From: Lobosporangium transversale
Lineage: Eukaryota
DNA length: 64,000 bases
Direction of reading: 5' to 3'
Assembly (NCBI RefSeq): GCF_002105155.1
Contig: NW_019028982.1
Span: 124,001-188,000, forward strand
The notes under the pieces were generated by a model. That model made no database searches. It worked only from the letters and a program-made list of their open reading frames with translations, and was not told the DNA's origin. Positions 54,537-64,000 of the stretch are shown here, one piece after another (the stretch's first letter is position 1; every line of letters starts with the position of its first letter). A program made the position numbers and the translations under genes.

Positions 54537-55528
54537 GGCTATGCACCAACTTTGATAAGGACGTTATGAGTATTGGCAATAATGAAGACGCGGTCGTGAA
54601 GTGAAGTAAGCGTATGTAAAAAAAAAAAAAAAAAAAAAAATGGAAAAGATTGCAGAAGTCAGAGCAAGAAAAAAAAAAAAAAAGTATTCTGATAGTTTAA
54701 AGTTCAACTGTTCACAGCGACAAGGCCATTGTCAATCAATCAACTTTACTTTCAGTCTCAGCTCAAACATTTTTTTTTTCCCCCTCAAACAATCTTGCTG
54801 AGACTTGCTATAGATTTGTCGAGTTCTGCATATTACTCAACAATGATTCAGGGTCTATGAGCGAAACGTCGCGTATTCACAAATGATGTCTAGAAGCAAA
54901 GTATCCCTTGGCCTAAATTCTAAAACCGCAGTTAGACAAAACTCTATTATGTGGAGTCTCATCCCCTATTCATAAACTGATTGAAAGAACTTGACCTCTG
55001 GAATCTGGTGAAGTAATGATATTTTCATTCCAATGCAACTTACCCATGTCATAGTTAGGGTTTAGAGGTCCTGTGGTTGTGCGAAAGCTCTCCGCACAAA
55101 TTACTTGAAAAGCCTACGAGGAATTAAAATTTCTTTCTTGGGAAATCTAATATTAATCAACATGGTCTCCACAACCGTAGTTATTTAACAGGAGTAGTCG
55201 CGAAGGAGAGCAGTGTTTCTGGCAGTTAGTTTTCCTGGCTCCTTGTTTTTTTTTTTTATCTCCATCATCTTGTTCGTGAGGACTATCGGCCCCAACTTGA
55301 TGACTTTGAGGGTGCTTGCCCTTCATATTTTGAAGATGAGTTTGCATTTGCTTCTTGAAGAATTGGATGAAATATCCCTCATTGTCATGAGAGAGACTCG
55401 ATTCTGTTTCTACAAGATGGCCAACTATTAGAGGAAGAGACTGTCGAAGAGGCTTTCAGTGAAGGCAAGATTTCTTCTAGAAGAAAGAATCTATAGGGGC
55501 GAGGATCTAGAGGTAAAAAAAAAAACAA

Positions 55529-55705
55529 GTGAAACTTCCTACACCTCCAATATACAAACCTCTGACAAATACGAACCATTCTGTATACGTCCACTGACTC
55601 CTTCGATCAACGGATGTTAAAGAGGACGAAGGCGCCTTCTTTCGATTTTTTTTTTACAGAGACGATAAGTTGGATGAGATTATAAAAAACACCGATGTTG
55701 AATCA
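55529..55705 (+). mobile_element. Possible degenerate piggyBac-like transposase N-terminal fragment
   Basis: Reads LPTPPIYKPLTNTNHSVYVH*LLRSTDVKEDEGAFFRFFFYRDDKLDEIIKNTD, resembling the piggyBac 'FF.LFF.D..L..I...TN' block. It has an in-frame stop, and no TIRs or DDD core were found. Confidence 0.4.
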
Positions 55706-56660
55706 AGCCGGAGAAAAAAAAAAAAATAAGCTGGAAAAAATTGTGTGCGAGCCACATGTAAAATTCGACCATTTTCTTTTTTTTTTTTTTTTTTTACTCA
55801 AGGATAAAGGAACAGACCTACTCGACCTTTGCGAAACATCATCGTAGCCATTACATTCCTAGAACAGCCTGTACAAGAGATCTCCCTATCGAGCTTCGTG
55901 ATCACATAGTCGCGAGAGCAGTTTCTTTTCGTCACCGATAATAGCTCCAGATCATGAAAGCGATGAGGACGATGAAGACGATATAAAACACGATCAAGAA
56001 AGCGACAATCCATTCAATTACCAACAGAAACTCTCGAAGCCTTCCTGGATGGTATTAAGGATCGGGACGATATAGCTAGCACAGGATCCCGAAACTCACA
56101 GCCTGCTACAACGCAACAATGAGGTGTGGCTTGTTTGTCCATTATGGGGCCTGAGTATGATAAAATGTACACTTTGCAGACATTTTATCTGATATAATGT
56201 AGACTAGAGCCCTACCATCCCTCTAATATGGCTTAAAGTCCATGAGACAAAGTCTCTTGTTGGTTCAGAAGGGTATGAGCATTACCAGAGTGTGATTATA
56301 TCCGTTAAAAGACTACCAAACATGGCCCAACAGTTGTCTACCTCTGAGGAAAGATCTCTGAGGAATATGAATCTATGAATAGTCCAAAAGAATAGCCAAT
56401 CAGGGCAGCCGTGGCGATTAATTTTGTTCTTGGGTCTGTTCCTGTCCTGTTCTGGTATTGGTGCTGGCTAGTCCTTGTCCACTTAGTTTGCACCAGAAAA
56501 ATGAAGTTTGTTTTTATGCTCATTTCATCTTTCCTCTGCTTCTCGTCCATCTCATCATCTCTTCACTCATCGTCACATTTCTTCACCTTCGTCATATACC
56601 CTCTATCTCTCTCTTTCTTTTTTTTGTTTTGTCCCTCTTCACACGCTCCTGACCTCTGTC

Positions 56661-58854
56661 ATGATTTCTGCAAACACTCCATTGTCTATCCAGACCCCAA
56701 AACCTGTCGACGCCACCATCGATGCTGCGTCCCTGACCTACCAGCAAATCAAGGAACGATACCAGGCTGCTGGCCAGGGCCACCTCCTTACATTCTATGA
56801 TGACCTCTCGGACGAAGAGCAAGCACACCTTCTTGCTCAACTTCAGACACTCAATGTTGAGCGATCCAACCGTATCCACCAAAAGGCTACCACTTGCCCT
56901 TCTCCCATGCTCACTAACCAATCTGTTCTCCTCGCACCGCTGCCTGAAGAATGCTTCGACTCTACCTTAGAAGCCTCTTCAGAAAAGATTCAAGAGTGGC
57001 AGACAATTGGTCTCGAGCAGATTTCGCAGAATAAAGTTGGCGTGATCCTGCTTGCTGGAGGACAAGGTACCCGTCTGGGATCCTCTGCGCCCAAGGGTTG
57101 TTATAACATCGACCTACCCTCCTCCAAATCTTTGTTCCAGATCCAGGCAGAGCGTATCCTCAAGTTGCAACAGTTGGCTTCCCAGCAAGAGGGTGCTCAA
57201 AGAAAGGTCGTGATCCCCTGGTACATCATGACCTCAGGTCCCACTCGTCCTGCCACTACAAAGTTTTTTGAAGAGCATAATTATTTTGGACTCGATCGTG
57301 AGAACGTTATCTTTTTTGAGCAAGGTAAGAGTGAATCATGAGAAAGCAGTTGTAGTGATGGGTCAGGAATATCGTGGATCGATCCGCAAGGCAAGCGCGG
57401 AACTTTTTCACATATCACTAGTTGATGGTTTTGTCATTTAAAGTCTTTAAGCTATCAATGGAACCGTCTGTCTATACATAGCCCAACCAGCCCAGCCCCC
57501 GAATACACCTTTGCTTTTCTCCGATCACATTGTTGAGCAATCTAAAAAAAATTGGCCACCTATTGACGTGAACATAAGAGAGATAACACTCCCAAAGGTC
57601 ACCCGGACAAACGTCTTTTTGGGATTCTGGCATTGTTCATTTCTATTTCAAATTGATAAGAGCTGCACAAGGAGAAAGAACCACTTTTGCTGAGAAGTCG
57701 GATTTAGAGTCGAGCACGACTTTCGTCACGACGGCAGGATAGCAACGGTTATATATAAAAAAAAAAAAAAAAAAAAAAAAACACATCCGAGTATTACAAT
57801 GGAAATCAATAATAATGCGTCATGGAGGATTATTAGTTGCACTTTTTCTTGTGTCCAACATGGAACCAAGTTGCACGAGCTTACTCTAACAAAATAACTG
57901 AATAGCTAAAGGTTCATAAATTAATATGCACTTGTGATATCTTGGTTACGTAATATAGGAACCTTACCATGCATGACTTTTGATGGCAAGATCATGATGG
58001 AGTCCAAGTCCCAGATCGCTGTTGCTCCCGATGGTAACGGAGGAGTTTATGCTGCATTGCGTGGGACTGGAGTGTTGGCTAACATGGCAGAACGCAAGAT
58101 CGAGTACCTTCACGCTTATTGTGTCGATAACTGCTTGGTCCGTGTAGCTGACCCCGTCTTTATTGGATACTGCATCCAAAAGAACGCCGATTGTGGAGCC
58201 AAGGTTGTCCGTAAAAAGTCTCCTGATGAGCCCGTTGGAGTTGTCTGCCTCCGTAATGCTACTTTCAATGTTGTTGAGTACTCTGAGATTGATGAAGAGG
58301 TCGCGCATAGAATCAACCCCAAGAATGGACAGTTGGCCTTTGGAGCCGGCAACATCGCGAACCACTTTTACACGGTTGACTTTTTGAACAGGGTCGAGTC
58401 ATTTGAAGGAGAGCTCGAATATCATATTGCTCGCAAGAAAATCAAATCACTTGACTTTGCTACCGGTCAGGTCATTACCCCAAAGCAAGTTAATGGGATG
58501 AAGCTCGAAATGTTTGTTTTTGATGTCTTCCCCTTCACACAGCGTATGGCCGTCTTTGAGGTCGACCGCCGCGAGGAATTCTCGCCACTCAAGAATGCAC
58601 CGGGTACTGGTCAGGATTGCCCAGAGACTTCGAGACGTGATATTTTGCAACAGCACGTGCGCTTCATTGAGAATGCTGGTGGCAAGGTCATCGTGGGCGA
58701 AGACGACAAACAAATCGAGGGAGCGCCAACGCTGGAGATCTCACCTTTAGTCACTTATTCCGGAGAAGGTTTGAGTGATATCGTTGCAGGGAAATCTATC
58801 AAGACTCCTATTTCAATCGCATCCCTGGAGGATCTCAAGAACGCTGTCTTCTAA
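56661..58854 (+). CDS. UAP1: UDP-N-acetylglucosamine pyrophosphorylase; exons 56661-57324 and 57959-58854
   Basis: LLAGGQGTRLGSSAPKG, PWYIMTSGPT, FFEQ|GTLP, APDGNGG, VDNCLV, VVEYSEI, KLEMFVFDVF and EFSPLKNA. Confidence 0.96.
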
Positions 58855-59192
58855 TTTGCTTCTTTTTTTTTTGACTTTTATATAATATCAATATATATAT
58901 TCATTTTATATATTTTTAAGCTTATCCTTTTTCCATAGACTCTTTTCTTTTTTTTTTTTCCTCTCTCTATTCAATATTTTCCAATCATCATTTTCACGGG
59001 GCGTCATTGTCCGAGCGCACTTTTCCTTTGTAGAGTCGTATACCCAAAGGACATGCTCTATACTGATGAACATCCAAGAATAAAGAGAAGATCTCAAAAA
59101 ATCCTTCCAAGAACTTTATTATTGAAAAGATGGGGGAATTTTAAAGGAGAGAATCTTATAGGAGAGAATCTCCAAGGGAAACCCCTAATAAT

Positions 59193-60091
59193 CTACTTTT
59201 GGTAGCTCCAGACCATAGACAACACTAGAATTAAATCGAAATGAGAAATTAGAGGGTCAGAATCAAAGGCAATACACACCAACAAATTGAGCTTATTCAG
59301 AAAAAAAAAAGAAAAAGAAAAAGAAAAAAAAGACACATACAGCCATCCTTAGTAGCAAGGCGGTTGATAGAGTCATCAGCCTCAGACTGAGCACGAACGT
59401 AACCAGAAAGAGCATAGGTGGTGAAGGAGCCAGTGTAGCGACCGTTCTCATCAACATCACCAATGTTGATCTGGACCGAGGCGTGATCCTTGGCGCCAAT
59501 AAGACGATTAGTGGCGGAGCTATATTTATTTTTAAAAAAAAAAAAAAAAAAAAAAAAGAAGGGGGGAGTAGGTCAGCAAAACATACGCCAGATTGAATAT
59601 TCTATCCATTTCACGCGTTCCTGATCGTCCTCCCCCAACTGAGGCGAAAAAGTGGAAGATTGAAACGGGTCATGTTGATGGGAAAGACTGTTATGTTAAT
59701 ATTTAATTATTTATCATTGCCCTTTTCTCAAAAAACAAAAAAAAACAAAAAAAAAAAAAAAAAAAGACAATAATAACAATAATAATAAGAATAGTAATAA
59801 ACAGAATTTTTTAAGCAGCGTTTCCAATTGTATTCTCTATTAGTGTCGATTTCTTTTTTTTTTTTTTTTTTTTTTCCTCGCCCAAAAACTGAAGGTTGAA
59901 AAAAAAAAAAAAAAAAAAAAATAGCCTAAAATCCTTGTCAAGCACTCCTATCCTTCTACTCAGCTAAAACATTGGCCAAACTGAGGAAGATCCTCTTAAT
60001 ATTTGTCTCTAACTGTACTGATGACCATGTTTTTGTATGCATACCACTTGCGGGGAATGTATGTCTCAAGGGTGATCTGAGGGGTCTCCAT
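59193..60091 (-). CDS. RPS21: 40S ribosomal protein S21 (eS21); exons 60091-60045, 59519-59341, 59224-59193
   Basis: Spliced product [85 protein letters not shown]. It is not in the supplied ORF track. Confidence 0.95.
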
Positions 60092-60172
60092 TTTCGTTCA
60101 CTGAAAAAGTAAAAGAATGAACTCTGTCGTTTCATCCCTCACATCCTTCTTGTTTGTTTCTAAAAAAAAAAA

Positions 60173-60194
60173 ACGTGACGCGTGCGCACGTGAT
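60173..60194. promoter_or_regulatory. E-box cluster (ATCACGTG plus GTCACGTT on -) overlapping the 10-bp palindrome CGTGCGCACG in the RPS21 promoter
   Basis: GC-rich island ACGTGACGCGTGCGCACGTGAT in AT-rich DNA, about 80-100 bp upstream of the RPS21 ATG. Confidence 0.45.
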
Positions 60195-60401
60195 GTAAAT
60201 GAATTTTATAAATTGTCTAATTCAAATCAATATTTCAATATTAAAATTTAAAATACAACAATAGTTACAACAACGATGCTTGGACAAAGAAAAAAAACCG
60301 TCTGTACAAAAGTATTCACAAAGCATGGACAATATGTTGAGGGAAATGAGTTTGTTCCTTAAGTAGGAGCTTGCCTAAAGCGATAGGCTTACTTTATCTA
60401 T

Positions 60402-62606
60402 CTATTTGACCGCCATTCCAAAAAAAGAGTTGGTGGTCCCACTACGGCGTTTAGCTGCCCGCTGCCTCTGAAACTCGTTATCTTCCTCTTCGACATCCTC
60501 CATATCGTCGTTGTAAGAGTCTCTAGAATAAGAGTCCGAACCTGGTGATTCCCTTGTGCCATTGCCTTGACTGTCTTGTCTTGCCAACCTTGTAGCACCG
60601 AACTGTGGTGACTCTACCATTACAGGGGATAGCAGTCGGTTTTCATTGATAATTGGAGGTAATACAGGTATGGACGATGATGACATGTGGCTATTCAAGC
60701 CAGTTGTGGTGGTCGAGGACGATCGCCGTGGTCGAGTCAGTCCACGCTGCAGAAGTAGCCCGCCGGCTCCTACATCTGTCGAGTTACGGTTGGTGAGGCG
60801 TCGAGCACCGTCTCTTGAGGACAATAGCCGTCCATAGGTCCCGCCGAGGGATGATGAAGGGGACTGAGGCATAAACTGGTTTTCATGGTGATCATACAAG
60901 TACCCGCTGCCACCATAGGTCACTGGCCGTGGACGGCGTGGTGCATAAGGTCCATCATCACCGCCTCGACGTCGTGGTACTGGCATGACATCGGGGTTGC
61001 TGTTGGTGTTGGCTGCAGATGAGCTTGGTTCCCAGGCCATGCTATTGGAAGAATAACGAGAAGAGGACGAGGACGAGGAAGGGTCTTCGTGGAAGGGCTC
61101 CTTACTCGGGTAGCCCGATGGTCCATGAAATGACTGGCGCTTATTACTTGAGGAGAGTTGCCCGAATGGTCCTGATGCTTCCCTCTTCTCAGGGTCCACT
61201 TCTTTGCTCTCGGTCTTGTGCTCCTCAGTCTTTTGAAGCATCTCAGCTGCATAGGCCAACAGGTCGATTGCTGACTCGGGTCTGGGCTCGTCTTCGGAAA
61301 TGACTAGGCGCTTTTCCATATTGAAGTTGTCATGCATAAGTTGTTGATCTTCATCGTATGATGAATCATCGTATGACCGTCTGTTTTTCGCTGCCTGGGC
61401 TGGGTTATTGTAATATGCAGTCGCTGGGGCCCGCTCCCGTGTAGTCACAGCGTCATTCTCTTCACGATCTTTGCCCATAGCTTTCAGTCCGAATGAGGTA
61501 AGCGATGCAGTATGTCGATGGCCACTATGACCTATATTGCTACCGCCGTTGATAAAGGAGGATGGATGTGTTGCTGAAATGGGTGAATCTTCTTCATGTT
61601 CATCCCGGTACTGCATATCCATATGGCGCTCTGGAGGCGGGGAAAGAGATGAGACTGAGGTTGGGGACATGTAGCCTGCAGGATGACCTTCTGACATGGT
61701 GCGCTCATGTCTATAAGGACGTCTCGAGTCACCGTTAAAGTCCTCGAGTGACTGACCTGGTCTGCGAGGTTGTAATGTGGAGATGGGTGGCGGAAGGATG
61801 GGTCGTTGTGATGAAGAAGAGGCTAGAGATGAGGAGGAGTTTGTGGGAAGAATAATATCCATTTCATAAAAACCTTGAGGATGCCCATGTCCGCTTTGGT
61901 TATGTCCAGTGTGATGGCCATAATGGGCCGATGGAGACGGAGATGAGGAAGTTTGGTGAGGATGGAATTGGCTTGGTTTCTGTGGCTGAAATTGTTGAGA
62001 TCGAAGATGGTGCCCATAGCTACCCATATCATAAAGACTTGCTGGACGCCGATTGGGCTGACCATGTTGGGATTGCGAGTGAGCGCGGGGTGTGGGTGTG
62101 GGCATGGTCATGGGTGGTGAGGACGAACCGTTTGGTCCAAAATAGCCAAATGCAGATGGCTCTTGACCGGCAGAGCCTCCGGCACTGCTACCGGGCTGAT
62201 GATGGTGATGATGGTGTCCTGGTAAAGGTTGGAGAGGCGTAGCAGGGGCCGAATGGATAAGGCCAGGATGGAGGCTGCTAAATCCATTAGTGCTGTTGCT
62301 ACGATGGTGAGACAGGTGATGATGACCTTGCATATGCTGTTGCTGTTGCATTTGAAGATGCTGCTGGTGATGCAAGGCGGCCTGCTCGTTGATCTTGATC
62401 CTGTTTGCTTTAGCTCTTCTGTTTTGAAACCAGACCTAGAATATTTTTTGTCATAAAAGAGATCCTGATTAACAAACGTTTACGGTAAGGATCATTGCCC
62501 TGAGCCAGCCCATCAGCTACGAGTTTTGTTATTTGGTCGGATTAACTGATCGCAAGAGTGGATTGAGCTATCGATAATCAACACCCACGCCGATAACGAC
62601 AAGAAC

Positions 62607-62639
<33 letters not shown>

Positions 62640-63152
62640 GGGACCGATAAGGTTGGCATCTGTGCAAGTGCACATACCCATAAAGACAAGAATGTGTGGG
62701 TTGTATTTGGATGCGTGTTTTTGTTTTTTTTTTAAACTCTTTTACAAACACGAACAAGTGACCGATGGAGATGAAAGTGTGGAATGGACGATATTGTGTA
62801 AAATCAATTAAACGTTTTCATTCTGTTGAATCCTTCATACCTGGATCTCGCGATTAGTCATGCCCAGTTTCTTTGCAAGAGACTCTCTAATCTCGAATGA
62901 AGGAGTGTCTGTTTTTTCAAAAAGTCCTACGAGGTCTTCCAGTTGCTCGGGAGTGATTCGCTTGCGCTTTGCCTTTTTCGGTTGTTCAGATTGGGGGGTT
63001 TGCGTGTTGGTGCCATTGTTACTGTTACTGTTATTGGTGGTAGTGTTACTATTAGCATTACCCTTGTCGGTCGCCATTTGTTGCTGTTGTTGCTTTTGTT
63101 CATGTTGCGACGAGTTGAATTCAGTTGAGGCATGATGATGATCTGAAGACAT
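60402..63152 (-). CDS. Homeobox transcription factor with a long H/Q/S/P-rich C-terminus; exons 63152-62841 and 62435-60402
   Basis: KRKRITPEQLEDLVGLFEKTDTPSFEIRESLAKKLGMTNREIQ|VWFQNRRAK. The intron sits at the classic homeobox position before VWFQNRR. Confidence 0.93.
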
Positions 63153-63424
63153 TTTCCAAAAATGAGATATATATATATAAAAAAAAATAAAATAAAATAA
63201 AATAAAATAAAAAAAGGAAATATATAAAGTAGTATGAATTGTATGATTGTTTAGTGAATGCCTTTTCCAAAAAAAAAAAAAAAAAAAAAAATAGATGGCC
63301 AATGGAAGGATGTAAGAAGTTGGTGGAGAAAGGGTATGGCTTCCTAGGTGCAGATGAACCAAGGGGAGGGAAGTAGACAACACGAAATATCAAAGTGAAC
63401 AAGAGAATGAAGACAGAAAGAGGG

Positions 63425-63429
63425 CAGAG

Positions 63430-63460
<31 letters not shown>

Positions 63461-63490
63461 GAAGAAAGAGAAAGAGAAAGAGAAAAAAAA
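63425..63490. repeat. (GA)n / (GAAAGA)n purine microsatellite upstream of the homeobox gene
   Basis: Directly visible. Confidence 0.85.
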
Positions 63491-64000
63491 AAAAAATGAG
63501 CCACAGAGAAGAAGAAGAAAGAAAGAAGGAAACTAAAAGAGGACAAAGAGGGGGGGAAATTTTAACTTTTTTTTTTTCTTTTTTTTTTCTTTTTGCAAAG
63601 TGGCAGTGGCAAGAGTGGAGATAAAGAGACTCTTGACAATCAATCAACAATAACAATGGCAATGACAGTGTCAATGACAGTGACAATGAGTTGAGTGTTG
63701 TACGAGTGTGTTTGGGTAGGAGGAGAACCCGTTGAGGATACCGGATGCTCTGATCGCAATCCATTTCAATTGCATATCACATACTCTTTCAGTCTTTTTC
63801 TTTTTATATTTTTCCTTTAATGTCTCTGCAAGCACATGTTGATCATGATCCTCATCACTCACTAGACTTTTAAACCGGGTAAAAAAAGAGATGTTCCCAC
63901 AGTCTTGTTTCCTTTTTCTTTTTCTTTTTCTTTTTCTTTCTCAATTGTATGATGAAAAGAATAAGAGTGGTTTGATGTGAATAACTTGTACTGATGCTGA

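Noticed and set aside
54882..55012. C/D snoRNA-like (ATGATGT...CTGA) and TPP-riboswitch-like (GAACTTGA) fragments
   Set aside because: Imperfect C box and no guide match recognised; the TPP CTGAGA/ATACC elements are missing at the required spacing.
57325..57958. Long UAP1 intron as a regulatory or poison-exon host
   Set aside because: No strong internal acceptor/donor pair, and 400-600 nt first introns occur in several genes here.

Overview
Gene-dense, intron-containing fungal DNA. The protein families and splice signals point to Mortierellaceae (Mucoromycota). The many 20-38 nt poly(A)/poly(T) tracts suggest a Lobosporangium-like genome, which is inference only. About 20 protein-coding genes can be assembled by hand. 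Recognisable genes: TGS1, a SIT/ARN-type siderophore MFS transporter, calcineurin A, TTI1, a dienelactone hydrolase, a DUF4203 membrane protein, a CYP704/86-like P450, a senescence/spartin-domain protein, a PDR-type ABCG transporter, UAP1, RPS21 and a homeobox transcription factor. There are also two orphan low-complexity genes and six intronless F-box/LRR-type genes, four of them clustered at 31.7-43.0 kb. No tRNA, rRNA, CRISPR array or intact mobile element was seen. Best leads: (1) a hairpin-sequestered poison exon or alternative acceptor in RPS21 intron 1, a candidate for AS-NMD autoregulation; (2) SreA- and HapX-type iron boxes upstream of the siderophore transporter; (3) a calcineurin lacking two conserved cysteines; (4) a Sin3-interaction-like helix in the homeodomain protein; (5) a GC-AG intron; (6) eroded piggyBac-like and F-box relics. 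All gene models were built by eye without database searches.
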